DNA of 64,000 nucleotides from Dehalococcoidia bacterium. Lineage in GTDB: Bacteria > Chloroflexota > Dehalococcoidia > Bin125. Below the pieces are notes generated by a model, which searched no databases, was not told where the DNA came from, and saw nothing but the letters and a program-made list of their open reading frames with translations. Both the position numbers and the translations under genes were made by a program. This document shows positions 1 through 9,152 of the stretch, in pieces; within the stretch, counting starts at the first letter, position 1, and every line of letters begins with the position of its first letter. The DNA lies in assembly GCA_963663235.2 (NCBI GenBank), contig CAXXNO010000012.1:224001-288000 (forward strand), read 5' to 3'.

Positions 1-2
1 GC

Positions 3-917
3 CACTACCCGCGGCTGCCGTTCTGGCCGCAGCTGCCGAATCGGGCCGAGGCGGAGCAGATGATCCCGCAGGTGGGGCTCAGCCTCCCGGACGGGCGCTG
101 GGACGGCCGCACGCTGACCTGGAGCGAGCAACTGAGCGACGCCGCGCTGGAGCGTGCCGGCCTCCTCCCGCCGGACCGGGCGGCGGGGCTGCACGCGCTC
201 CTCGCCCGCCTGGACGCCACGCCGCCGGATGCACGGCCGCGCGTCGTCAAAGGGCAGCTGGCCGGCCCCCTGACGCTGGCGTCTTTACTCAGGGGTCCCA
301 ACGGCCGGCCCTCTACCGGCGACGCCGAACGGACGCGCTGGCTGGGGGCGTTCGTGGGGCGCATGGGGGCGGCGCAGGCGCGCGAGTTCACGCGGCGGGG
401 GCTGCCCTCGCTCATCCTCTTCGACGAGCCCCTCCTGGGCGCCGTTGATGCGGCGGCTTGGCGCGACGCCATCGCCGCGCTGGAAGCAGCCTTCGCGCCC
501 GTGCGCGCGGAAGGGGCGCTGGTCGGGATCCACTGCTGCGCGACGCCCGACTGGACCCGAGCGCTCGAGAGCCGGCCGGACCTGGTCCACTTCGACGCCA
601 CGCCCGGGCACGCCGACGCGGCGCTGGCGCACGCGCCGGCGCTGCGCGCGCACCTGGCGCGGGGCGGCTACCTGGGGTGGGGAATCTGGCCCACCGACGA
701 CGTGTCGCCGCCGTACGACGCGGCCGCCGCCGAACGCAGCCTCGCGGCGGCCGTGCGCACCCTGGCCACGGACGCCGTCGGGCCGCAGCAGATCGTGACG
801 CGTTCGATCGTCAGCGGCGTTTGCGGCGCGGCCGGCCTCGGCGTCGAGACCGCGGGGCGGATGGCGGCGGATCTGGAGGCGCTCTCGTCCGCGGTGCGCG
901 ATCGGATCAGGAGTTGA
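3..917 (+). CDS. Cobalamin-independent methionine synthase core (MetE C-terminal-like) protein, 5'-truncated by the window edge
   Basis: Frame is open from position 3 (HYPRLPFWPQLPNRAEAEQMIPQ...). Motifs KGQLAGPLT, FDEP, HCC and C-terminal CG fit the Zn ligands of the MetE/UROD-like barrel. Confidence 0.75.
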   Translation, partial: HYPRLPFWPQLPNRAEAEQMIPQVGLSLPDGRWDGRTLTWSEQLSDAALERAGLLPPDRAAGLHALLARLDATPPDARPRVVKGQLAGPLTLASLLRGPNGRPSTGDAERTRWLGAFVGRMGAAQAREFTRRGLPSLILFDEPLLGAVDAAAWRDAIAALEAAFAPVRAEGALVGIHCCATPDWTRALESRPDLVHFDATPGHADAALAHAPALRAHLARGGYLGWGIWPTDDVSPPYDAAAAERSLAAAVRTLATDAVGPQQIVTRSIVSGVCGAAGLGVETAGRMAADLEALSSAVRDRIRS

Positions 918-2133
918 GCCAGGCCAAGGGATCGACCGGGACGCCGCCCATGATGATCTCGAAGTGCAGGTGCGGCCCTGTCGAGTATCCGGTACTGCCG
1001 ACGAAGCCGAGGAGGGTACCGGGATCCACGAATGCGCCCAGGAACACGTCGATGGCGCTGAGATGCGCGTAGCGCGTGATCACGCCGCCACCATGATCCA
1101 CCAGCACGCTCAAGCCGAAGGAGCCGGCCCAGCCCGCCTGGATCACCGTCCCCGGCGCCGCCGCGCCCACGAAGGTGCCGGTGGGGGCGGAGAGGTCGAT
1201 GCCCGTGTGGTAGCCGAAGCGATTGCCCCGGCCGCTTCCAAAGAAATCGACCAGCACCCCGCCGAGCGGCCAGCGGAAGTCGGGGATGGCGAAGACCGGG
1301 CCGGCGGCGCCGACCACCAAGGAGGCGCTGCCGGCCACCAGCAGGATCGTGTTGCCCTCCACCAGATCGTTGGCGCTGCGGAGCGCGTTGCCCGGGAAGG
1401 CCACCGTGGCCTCCAGGTCCGCGGCGAAGTTGTCGATGACGTCGGTCAGCGTGTCGCCCAGTCGCACGGTGTAGACGACACCGTCGCGGGTGGGGACGGT
1501 CATTTGCGCGCCCGGCTCTAGGTGGTCCGGGTCCCGGATCTCCCAGTTGTTGAAGAGGATCGACTCGGGCTGGATGCGGAAGCGTCGCGCCAGTTTCTCC
1601 ACCGAGTCACCCCGCTGGATCTCGTAGGTGAAGAAGGACGGGAGGGCCGCGCCGGGCGGCAGGCCGAGCCGCGCCAGGAGGACGGCGTCGCTCGTGACAT
1701 CATCCTCGAAGGACGGCAGCGCCACGCGGACCAACTGGGGCGACATGGCGACCGCGAGCGCCGCCTGCACCTGCTCCGGCGAGGTGAGCGGCAGCGCCAC
1801 CGCAGAGGGGGCCGTAAGGAGATCGGCGATCAGGTGGGTCGCGTAGCGACGCGCCGCCTCTTCGCCCGGGATCGCATCCCCGAGCTCGGCCAGGGTCCGC
1901 GGCGCGCCGCTGCCAATACCGGGCAGCGCGACTTGCAAGGTGATTTGCGGCTCGCCCACGAGACTGGAGGCCTCTTCGCCGTCCGAGCGCACGACGGCCA
2001 CAAGCGCAGCCACGAGCGCGGCGACCGCCAGTGACACGAGCGACGCACGCTGGAGCCAGCGGGCCGGCGGCGGCCCCGGAGCCAATGGACGCCTTCCGAA
2101 CGCGCCATCCGCGCGGGCTGTTCGACCAGTCAC
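907..2133 (-). CDS. LysM-domain M23 family metallopeptidase (cell-wall endopeptidase)
   Basis: N-terminal TM segment, two LysM repeats (YEIQRGDS, YTVRLGDTL), M23 motifs HTGIDL, YAHL and STGPHLHFE. Confidence 0.9.
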   Translation of the reverse strand: MTGRTARADGAFGRRPLAPGPPPARWLQRASLVSLAVAALVAALVAVVRSDGEEASSLVGEPQITLQVALPGIGSGAPRTLAELGDAIPGEEAARRYATHLIADLLTAPSAVALPLTSPEQVQAALAVAMSPQLVRVALPSFEDDVTSDAVLLARLGLPPGAALPSFFTYEIQRGDSVEKLARRFRIQPESILFNNWEIRDPDHLEPGAQMTVPTRDGVVYTVRLGDTLTDVIDNFAADLEATVAFPGNALRSANDLVEGNTILLVAGSASLVVGAAGPVFAIPDFRWPLGGVLVDFFGSGRGNRFGYHTGIDLSAPTGTFVGAAAPGTVIQAGWAGSFGLSVLVDHGGGVITRYAHLSAIDVFLGAFVDPGTLLGFVGSTGYSTGPHLHFEIIMGGVPVDPLAWLNS

Positions 2134-2252
2134 GCTCCGCCTCAGTCTCGGCCCAGCCGCCCGCCAGTGATCTTTGTGCAGTTCGATGTGCGGGTCAAAT
2201 GGCCCGCCACATCTTACCGCCCACGCCAGACGGCGCCGGCCGGAGGCTCATT

Positions 2253-2270
2253 TGTAAAGGGTGTTACATT
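2253..2270 (+). promoter_or_regulatory. Palindromic operator TGTAA-N6-TTACA overlapping an extended -10 (TGnTACATT)
   Basis: tgtaa agggtg ttaca at 2253-2268. TG at 2262-2263 and TACATT at 2265-2270 lie in an AT-rich patch just upstream of the structured RNA. Confidence 0.55.
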
Positions 2271-2276
2271 TGTCCC

Positions 2277-2601
2277 GCAAGGATCCGGAAGGAGGGTAGT
2301 GGATGCTTCGAGTCGCGATTCACGCTCTCTTCGGAGTATGGCAGGTCGATTGATCAGCCCTCCGGTCCGGAGGGCTGCGTGCGAAACGCACGGAAGGCCG
2401 GATCTCCCCGTTAGCCGCGATTCGTGCGCCAATTCTCCGGCAAGCCGGAGTGGGCGATGAGCGAAGGCTCCCGAGTCACGGGGACGGGATGGAGCCGGTT
2501 GATAACCAGTAAAGACCAAGGAACCAGGGGCCGGCGGTAACGCGTTGGTGCTCCTGCTCTCTCAAAGAGGAAAACGCCCCCGCGCTGCGGGGGCGTTTTT
2601 T
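2277..2601 (+). ncRNA. Putative large structured non-coding RNA, family unassigned
   Basis: Intergenic. Has many nested helices with GGAA, UUCG and GUAA tetraloops on the + strand, long-range pairing, an upstream -10 and a downstream intrinsic terminator. The next gene has its own promoter. Confidence 0.7.
2571..2601 (+). terminator. Intrinsic (rho-independent) terminator
   Basis: aaaacgcccccgc-gct-gcgggggcgtttttt: perfect GC stem followed by a T-tract. Confidence 0.85.
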
Positions 2602-2617
2602 GCGCCGCTTCCTTCCG

Positions 2618-2646
2618 TTGTCAAGGGAACACACGCGCCCTAGGCT
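2618..2646 (+). promoter_or_regulatory. Sigma70-type promoter of the cobB operon
   Basis: TTGTCA-N17-TAGGCT, then GAGGAG RBS and GTG start at 2665. Confidence 0.55.
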
Positions 2647-2664
2647 GCCGCAGAGGAGTGACCG

Positions 2665-3486
2665 GTGGGCGACGAGCACAGCGCCGTTCCGGCCCCAATA
2701 GACGCCGACCCACTGGCCGAGTTGGTTGAGCAGGCCAGCGAGATCTTGGCGCGCGCCCGCTACTGCATCGCGCTGACGGGCGCCGGGATCAGCGCCGAGA
2801 GCGGCATCCCCACCTTCCGAGGCAAGGATGGCCTCTGGACCCGGAACGGCGAGCCGCCGCTCAATCAGTATCAGCGGTTCCTCGCCGACCCGGCGGCCTG
2901 GTGGGAGACCATGCGGGAACGGCGGCAGACCCCGGACGAACTGACCGCCACGCTCCAAGAAGCCGTGCCCAACGACGGTCACTTCAGCCTGGCGGAGCTG
3001 GAGCGCCTGGGCGTGCTGCGGCACACCATCACGCAGAACATCGACAACCTGCACCGGCTCGCCGGCAGCCGGCGGCTCACCGAGATCCACGGCAACCGCT
3101 CCTTCTTGCGCTGCACCGGCTGTAACGCCCGCTCAGCACTGGACGATCTCCCGGAAGGGGCCAGCCCCCGTTGCGACGCCTGCGGCGGCCTGCTGAAGAG
3201 CGACACCGTGATGTTCGGCGAGCCCATCCCCCGTGACACCCTGGCCTCCTGCATGAGCGAAGCCGAGCAGGCGGATTGCATGCTGCTCGTCGGCACCACG
3301 GCTGTCGTAACCCCGGCGGCGGATTTCGCCTGGGAGATCTACCAGCGCGGCCATCCGCTCATTGAGGTCAACCCGGAGCCAACAGTGATCACCGATCACT
3401 GCGCCGTGAGCATGCGCGCCGCCGCGGGCGAAGCGCTGCCGCGGATTGTGGACCTCCTCAAGCGACGGCTGAAGGACACCGGATGA
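2665..3486 (+). CDS. cobB: NAD-dependent protein deacylase (sirtuin)
   Basis: GAGISAESGIPTFRG, TQNIDNLH, EIHG and two CxxC Zn-ribbon motifs. Confidence 0.95.
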   Translation: MGDEHSAVPAPIDADPLAELVEQASEILARARYCIALTGAGISAESGIPTFRGKDGLWTRNGEPPLNQYQRFLADPAAWWETMRERRQTPDELTATLQEAVPNDGHFSLAELERLGVLRHTITQNIDNLHRLAGSRRLTEIHGNRSFLRCTGCNARSALDDLPEGASPRCDACGGLLKSDTVMFGEPIPRDTLASCMSEAEQADCMLLVGTTAVVTPAADFAWEIYQRGHPLIEVNPEPTVITDHCAVSMRAAAGEALPRIVDLLKRRLKDTG

Positions 3487-4790
3487 CGGGCGCGCCCGAC
3501 GTCAACTGGGACGACGTCCAGGCCGAGGTCGTCGCGACGCTGCGCGAGTACATCCGCATCGACACCAGCAACCCACCCGGACGCGAGGAGACGGCGGCTC
3601 GCTTCCTGGGCGCCATCCTGGAGCGGGAGGGGATCGCGCCCGAGTACTTCGAGGCCGGTGAGGGCCGCACTTCGCTGCGGGCCGTGCTCAAGGGCGACGG
3701 CCGCAAGGCGCCGGTCATGCTGCTCAACCACACCGACGTCGTGCCCGCCGAGGCGGCGTACTGGCAGGTCCCCCCCTTCGAGGGCGTGCTGAAAGACGGG
3801 TGTGTCTGGGGACGCGGCGCCATCGACATGAAGGGCATGGGGGTGCTGGAGCTCCTCACACTGCTGCTCTTCAAACGGCTCGGCCTGACGCCCAGTCGCG
3901 ACCTGATCTTTCTCGCCGTGGCCGACGAAGAGACCGGCGGGTCGATGGGGATCGAGTTCCTGGACCGCCGCCATCCCGCCCTCCTCCGCGATGCCGAGTA
4001 CTGCCTCAACGAAGGCGGGCTGGCCACGTTCCAGTTCCTGGGCGCCCGCCGTCCGGTCTTTGTCTGTAGCCCGGCCGAAAAGGGGCCGCTCTGGCTGCGC
4101 CTGCGGGCGCACGGGGCGCCCGGACACGGGTCCATCCCCCACAACCAGAACGCCGCCGTGCGCCTGGTGCGCGCCCTGGACGCCATCGAGGGCTGGGAAC
4201 GCGCCGTCACTGTGCAGCCCCTCACCCAAGCCATGCTCGACGGGCTGCGCGCCGGCCAAGCCTGGCCCGACCCGCCGCCCTCCGTGGAGCAACTCTGCGC
4301 CGAGCACGCCGCCTTCCGCGCCATGGTCACCAACACGATCTCGCTCACCACGCTCAGCGCCGGCGTCAAGCACAACGTCATCCCGGCCAGCGCAGAGGCC
4401 ACGCTGGACTGTCGCCTGCTCCCGGGCGCATCGCAGGACGCGTTTCTGCGGGAGATCCGCGAAATCATCGACGACCCGGACGTCGAGCTGGAGGTCGTCT
4501 TTCAATCGGAGTCGGGCCTCTCCGACTGGCGCACCGAGCTGGTGTCGATCATCCAAGAGGTGGTGACGGAGGAGGTGGAGGACGCGCTGGTGCTGCCGGT
4601 GACCTCAATGGGCTTCACGGACTCGCGCGTGCTGCGTCGGCGGGGGGTGCAGGCCTACGGCTTCATCCCCGCCATGATGGACGCCAGCCTGGCGAAGGGG
4701 ATCCACGGCCACGACGAACGGATCCCCGTCTCCGGCCTGGGCAGCGGTGTGCGCATCCTCTTCGAGGTGGTCCGACGCCTGACGGCCTGA
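3483..4790 (+). CDS. M20/M25/M40 family metallo-hydrolase (acylaminoacyl-peptidase/deacetylase-like)
   Basis: HTDVVP, GRGAIDMKG, DEE, EKG, GHGS and HGHDER motifs. Confidence 0.9.
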   Translation: MTGAPDVNWDDVQAEVVATLREYIRIDTSNPPGREETAARFLGAILEREGIAPEYFEAGEGRTSLRAVLKGDGRKAPVMLLNHTDVVPAEAAYWQVPPFEGVLKDGCVWGRGAIDMKGMGVLELLTLLLFKRLGLTPSRDLIFLAVADEETGGSMGIEFLDRRHPALLRDAEYCLNEGGLATFQFLGARRPVFVCSPAEKGPLWLRLRAHGAPGHGSIPHNQNAAVRLVRALDAIEGWERAVTVQPLTQAMLDGLRAGQAWPDPPPSVEQLCAEHAAFRAMVTNTISLTTLSAGVKHNVIPASAEATLDCRLLPGASQDAFLREIREIIDDPDVELEVVFQSESGLSDWRTELVSIIQEVVTEEVEDALVLPVTSMGFTDSRVLRRRGVQAYGFIPAMMDASLAKGIHGHDERIPVSGLGSGVRILFEVVRRLTA

Positions 4791-4797
4791 GCGTCCG

Positions 4798-6546
4798 CTA
4801 CTCGATCCGCACGTCCGCCCACTGCCAGCTGTTGTCCAGAACGTCGGGCCGGCGCCCCACGATCCCCGGGCGAAGGCCAGTGGCCAGCGCGGGATGAACC
4901 AGCGGCACGGTCGGCAGCAGGTCGAGCAGCGTTCGCTGCAGCGCCTCCACGCGCAAGCGGCGGGCGGCGCGATCGAACGTGCCCAGGATCTCCGCGATCG
5001 CTTCGTCCACCTCGGCGTTGGCGAAGGCGAACCCGTTGAGCTCGCCCCGGCTGTGGACAAGCGGAATCACCGCGTCCAAAGCATCGGGGCTCGCGGGCGC
5101 GAAGTCGATCAGCCACGGCACGCGCCCATCGACCAGCGCCGCCACGATCTCGGCGTCCTCCTGCGGCGTCACCTGGATCGTCACGCCGAGCGTCTCTCTC
5201 AGCTGTGCCGCGACGGCGGCGGCCGGCGCGAAGTCGCGCTCGTCGGCGGCCCGGACGGAGAGAGTGAGCGGCTCCACCGCCTCGGAGCCGCCCGCAGCCT
5301 CCCACAGGGAGCGAGCGGCCGCGCGATCGTCCGGATCATTGCGGTAGCCCGGAAGCGACGCCAGCTCACTCGGCGGCAGCGCCCAGGCCGAGTGCGGCGG
5401 TGCGATGTAGCCGCTGGGGCCCGCGCCCTCGCCGAACCATGCCGCCGCCAAGGCCGAGCGATCAAGCGCGAGATGCAGCGCCCGGCGGCGCCTGACGTCA
5501 TCCCACGGCGGCCGTTCGATCCGAAAGAAGAGATGCATCACCGCTGCCAGGCCGGCCACGCTGACGGCATCGTCGGTGCGTGCGACGGAGCGCGCCACCG
5601 CGACCGCGGCGCGCTCCAGCGCGTTCTGCTCTCCCGCGGCGAACGCCTGCGCCTGCTCCGACCCCGTGCGCGCCGCCAGATCGATCGCGCGGATGGCCGG
5701 GGCGCCGAAGTGATAATCGGGATTGGCCACCAGCGACCAACCACTCTCGTCGGCGGCCTCCAGCCGGAACGGCCCGCTGCCGCGCTGCTCCTCCGGCGCC
5801 GTGAGGTCCTGGTCCAGGAGCTCGGCCGGGAGGACCGCCATCCAGCGGTCGGCGGGGAGTGTCGCGAGGCGAACGTCCGGCTGCTCGGAGCGAATCACCA
5901 GCCGCGCGGCGTCGAGCGTCTCAACCGTCAGCCCCCCCAGACGCCCGCCGCGGGCAAAGGTGGGGTCGCCGCGGTCCTGCTGCGACTCAATGGTCAGGCG
6001 GACGTCGTCGGCGTCCAGCGATCGGTCCCGGCCGGGCGGGCGCGAATCCCAGCGCACGCCCGGCCGGAGCGTGTAGATCAGCGTGGTGGGATCGGGCGCT
6101 TCGGGCAGCGCCAGCGCCAAGTCCGGCTCCAAGCGGTCCTCTCCGACGTCCTCGCGACGTAGCAGCTTGCTGTAGACAAGCTGGCCGATCCAGCGCTCGC
6201 TGACGGGCGAGATGGAGCGGCGCAGGTCCGCGGTGTCGAGCGCGGCGAGATTGTCACCGGTGCGCAGGACCGCCGGCTCCGGCGCGGAGCGCGGGACCGG
6301 GATTTCATCCGCCGCATCTTCGACCACAGCGGAGAGATCGGGCATCTCATCGCTCGCGGGCTCCGGGAGTGACGGACGCGGCTCATCGTCATCGCGGTCG
6401 CCTCCACAGCCGGCCAGGGCCAGCGCGGAGAGCCCGACGCCGCTCGACGCGGCCGCCCCCAGGAGCGCCCGCCGGCTGACCCGGGCGGGGATCCCTCGAT
6501 CCCCTTGCCCCCGCTTCGGTTGCCATGGTGTCCGTCGCCGCCGCAC
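4798..6546 (-). CDS. ABC transporter substrate-binding lipoprotein, family 5 (peptide/nickel type); start approximate
   Basis: Tat-like SRRALL plus lipobox LAGC; LRPGVRW, GSGPF, NPDY and RRALHLALDR motifs. The 855-aa track ORF overextends into the neighbouring gene. Confidence 0.8.
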   Translation of the reverse strand: MRRRRTPWQPKRGQGDRGIPARVSRRALLGAAASSGVGLSALALAGCGGDRDDDEPRPSLPEPASDEMPDLSAVVEDAADEIPVPRSAPEPAVLRTGDNLAALDTADLRRSISPVSERWIGQLVYSKLLRREDVGEDRLEPDLALALPEAPDPTTLIYTLRPGVRWDSRPPGRDRSLDADDVRLTIESQQDRGDPTFARGGRLGGLTVETLDAARLVIRSEQPDVRLATLPADRWMAVLPAELLDQDLTAPEEQRGSGPFRLEAADESGWSLVANPDYHFGAPAIRAIDLAARTGSEQAQAFAAGEQNALERAAVAVARSVARTDDAVSVAGLAAVMHLFFRIERPPWDDVRRRRALHLALDRSALAAAWFGEGAGPSGYIAPPHSAWALPPSELASLPGYRNDPDDRAAARSLWEAAGGSEAVEPLTLSVRAADERDFAPAAAVAAQLRETLGVTIQVTPQEDAEIVAALVDGRVPWLIDFAPASPDALDAVIPLVHSRGELNGFAFANAEVDEAIAEILGTFDRAARRLRVEALQRTLLDLLPTVPLVHPALATGLRPGIVGRRPDVLDNSWQWADVRIE

Positions 6547-6678
6547 GTCATCAGAGTCGCGAGCCAGGCTCGCCGGATCAATGGGCGGCCGAGCCGGTTG
6601 TCGGGGGCAGGGGCGCTGCATAGAATCGAGCCCGGCCCCGGCGACGACAGCCACCAGGTGAGGATGAGAGGGGAATGC

Positions 6679-7497
6679 ATGCCAGAAGCGCCGCTCGACG
6701 GGCAATGGGCGCTGATCCTCGGCGCCTCGAGCGGGTTCGGCGAGGCGACGGCGCTGGCGCTGGCGGAAGCCGGGATGCACATCGCCGGCGTGCACCTGGA
6801 CCGCCGGGCCACGCTTCCCAACGTCGAGCGGATCGTGCGCACCATTGAGGAGACCCACCACCGGCAGGCCTTCTTCCAGAACATCAACGCCGCCGACGAG
6901 GGCAAGCGCCGAGCGTTCCTCGATGCGCTGCGAGAGCGGTTGGACGGCGAAGGAAGACCGACTACGGTCCGTGTGCTCCTCCACTCGCTGGCATTCGGGA
7001 CGCTGGGCCCGTACATCGCGCGGTCGGAAGGGGACCACCCCCTCACGCAGCGCCAGGTCGAGATGACGCTGGACGTCATGGCCAACTCGATCGTGTATTG
7101 GACGCAAGACGCACTGGCCCGCACCCTCATGGGACCGGGGAGCAAGATCTTCGCCATGACCTCCGCGGGCGACGCGCGGGTGATCCCCACCTACGGGGCC
7201 GTCAGCGCCGCGAAGGCCGCCCTGGGCGCTCACATCCGGCAACTCGCCGTCGAGTTGGCCCCGCTGGGGATCGCCGCCAACGCGATCAAAGCGGGCGTCA
7301 CCGACACGCCCGCCCTGGCCCGCATCCCTGCCGCGGATCTGCTGAAAACGTTCGCCGTGGAGCACAACCCGAGCGGACGCATGACCAGGCCTGAAGACGT
7401 CGGGCGCGCCATTGTGCGCTTAAGCCTTGATGACTCGCACTGGCTGACGGGAAACACCATCAACGTCGACGGCGGCGAGGACATCGTCGCCGTCTGA
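6679..7497 (+). CDS. SDR oxidoreductase, enoyl-ACP reductase FabL/FabI-like
   Basis: GASSGFG Rossmann motif, YxxVSAAK catalytic motif, GVTDTPAL and NVDGG. Confidence 0.85.
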   Translation: MPEAPLDGQWALILGASSGFGEATALALAEAGMHIAGVHLDRRATLPNVERIVRTIEETHHRQAFFQNINAADEGKRRAFLDALRERLDGEGRPTTVRVLLHSLAFGTLGPYIARSEGDHPLTQRQVEMTLDVMANSIVYWTQDALARTLMGPGSKIFAMTSAGDARVIPTYGAVSAAKAALGAHIRQLAVELAPLGIAANAIKAGVTDTPALARIPAADLLKTFAVEHNPSGRMTRPEDVGRAIVRLSLDDSHWLTGNTINVDGGEDIVAV

Positions 7498-7585
7498 TCG
7501 GGACCGAGAGCAAGGGCCCGCCCGCTCGCGTCATGCAGTTTGTGGAGCGGTCGCCCGCTGGGAGCGGTCCCCTTAGCATGGGGGC

Positions 7586-8437
7586 ATGGCCGACACGCCC
7601 AGCCGCCGCCGTCGTCGTCGCCGTCGCCGCCGCGGCGGGCAGCGCACCGACGCCGCAGCCGCTGGGGCGGCCGGGGAGGCGGCCGGGGAGGCCGCCTCCG
7701 CCGCCGCGGACACACCGTCCACCGAATCCCCGTACACCGAGGACGAAGCGGAGAACGCCAGCGGCGCGCGCCGCTCCAAGCGCGGCGAGCGCGGCAAGCG
7801 CGGAGGGCGAGCGCAGCCGGACACAGTGTTCGGGATTCCGCGGATGCTCTTCGTTATCGGTTTGGGCGTCATGGTCGCCACCCTCGCGATGTTCGTGCTC
7901 CCGAAGGTGTTGGGCACCTCCTCCGGTGGCGGCGACGACCTGGACCTGTCCAGCGTGGAGACCTTCCCCGACCAGGGGCGGCGGCACTTGAAGCCGGGCG
8001 AGTCGTTCGTGTACAAGAGCATCGCCGACGGCGTTCCCCCGACCTCCGGCCCGCAGGACGCCGCCGGGGTGGCGCCGGGCATCTACGACGGCCCCCAGCC
8101 CTTCGCATCGCTGCTGCCGGTGCTGGAGCAAGGCGGCATCGTGATCTACTACCGGCCGGACCTTGTCGACAGCGCTGGTGTGACCGGCCTCAAACAGATC
8201 GCCCAAGGCTTCCTGGACCAGAACGACCCAATCGTGCTCACTGCCGACGACAGGATCGATGACCCCATTGTCGCCACAGCGTGGCGGCACGCGCTGCGGC
8301 TGGATGCGTTCGATAGGGAGCGGCTCAGGGATTTCATCCTCGGTTTCGGGGGCCTGTTCAATGCGGAGCCGGAGCCGCCCATTGCCCAGGACGAAACGGG
8401 TGGGGAGAGGGGAGGGGATGATGCGGACACTGGTTGA
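7586..8437 (+). CDS. DUF3105-like membrane protein with poly-Arg N-terminus
   Basis: One TM segment; DQGRRH, PPTSGP, LEQGGIVIYY and IVATAW motifs. Confidence 0.7.
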   Translation: MADTPSRRRRRRRRRRGGQRTDAAAAGAAGEAAGEAASAAADTPSTESPYTEDEAENASGARRSKRGERGKRGGRAQPDTVFGIPRMLFVIGLGVMVATLAMFVLPKVLGTSSGGGDDLDLSSVETFPDQGRRHLKPGESFVYKSIADGVPPTSGPQDAAGVAPGIYDGPQPFASLLPVLEQGGIVIYYRPDLVDSAGVTGLKQIAQGFLDQNDPIVLTADDRIDDPIVATAWRHALRLDAFDRERLRDFILGFGGLFNAEPEPPIAQDETGGERGGDDADTG

Positions 8438-9116
8438 GCGCGCGCGCCGGCGGCGACCCCTCTGGCCGGCGGGCTTGGCCCTGGCGCTGGCTGTCGCGCT
8501 GGTCGCGGCCGCCTGTGGTGGTGGCGACGGCGACGACGGAGCGCCCGCCCAGCCGTTGGAGCTGGAGCAGGCCACGCTTGATCCCAGCGACGAGAGCCCC
8601 GCCGCCGAGGAGGTCGTGGGCCCAGAGCCGCCGGACGCCGCCCAAGCGGCGCCGAGCCCACTCGGCGCTTTCGGCGTGGTGCAGGAGTTCGATGACAACC
8701 TCACCACGCCGGGCCAGCAGCACCTCACCCCGGGATCCACGTTCGACTACCCAACCATCCCGCCGTACGGCGGCCCGCACGCCGCGGATCCGGCCCAGTG
8801 CGGCATCTACTTCCAACCCCTCTCCTTTGAAGCGCTGGTCCACAGCATGGAGCACGGCGCGGTGATCTGGTACACCCAGCCGGACATGCTCAACACCCAG
8901 GACGCGGCCGCGGGCGAGGTGCTCGCCCGGGAGCTCCTGAACGACAACAAACGCTTGATATACCTCCCCGATCAGCGCATCGAAGCGCCCATCGTACTGG
9001 CCTCGTGGGGCCGGCTGCTGCCCCTCGATCGATTCGACACGGAGACGATCCGAGACTTCGTCGGGAAGTTCGACAGTGAGGGGCCCGAGCGCCTGCCGCG
9101 CAACATCGCCTGCTGA
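8418..9116 (+). CDS. DUF3105 domain lipoprotein
   Basis: Lipobox VAAAC; PPYGGPH, LVHSMEHGAVI and LASWG motifs; GGAGG RBS before ATG. Confidence 0.8.
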   Translation: MMRTLVERARRRRPLWPAGLALALAVALVAAACGGGDGDDGAPAQPLELEQATLDPSDESPAAEEVVGPEPPDAAQAAPSPLGAFGVVQEFDDNLTTPGQQHLTPGSTFDYPTIPPYGGPHAADPAQCGIYFQPLSFEALVHSMEHGAVIWYTQPDMLNTQDAAAGEVLARELLNDNKRLIYLPDQRIEAPIVLASWGRLLPLDRFDTETIRDFVGKFDSEGPERLPRNIAC

Positions 9117-9152
9117 CAGCCGGGGCGACAGACGGGGCGCATGCCGGAGCGA

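Noticed and set aside
2278-2300. SRP RNA domain IV-like TCC-GGAA-GGA hairpin
   Set aside because: The conserved flanks (CAGG...AGCAG) are absent, and the hairpin is at the 5' end rather than the apex of a long rod.
2372-2399. Group II intron domain V look-alike (gggctgcgtgcgaaacgcacggaaggcc)
   Set aside because: No AGC/CGC catalytic triad with correct pairing, no domain VI or intron ends, and no RT ORF.
9111-9150. Possible Cys-Sec (TGC TGA) at the DUF3105 C-terminus
   Set aside because: No convincing SECIS hairpin, and readthrough would run antisense through the next gene.
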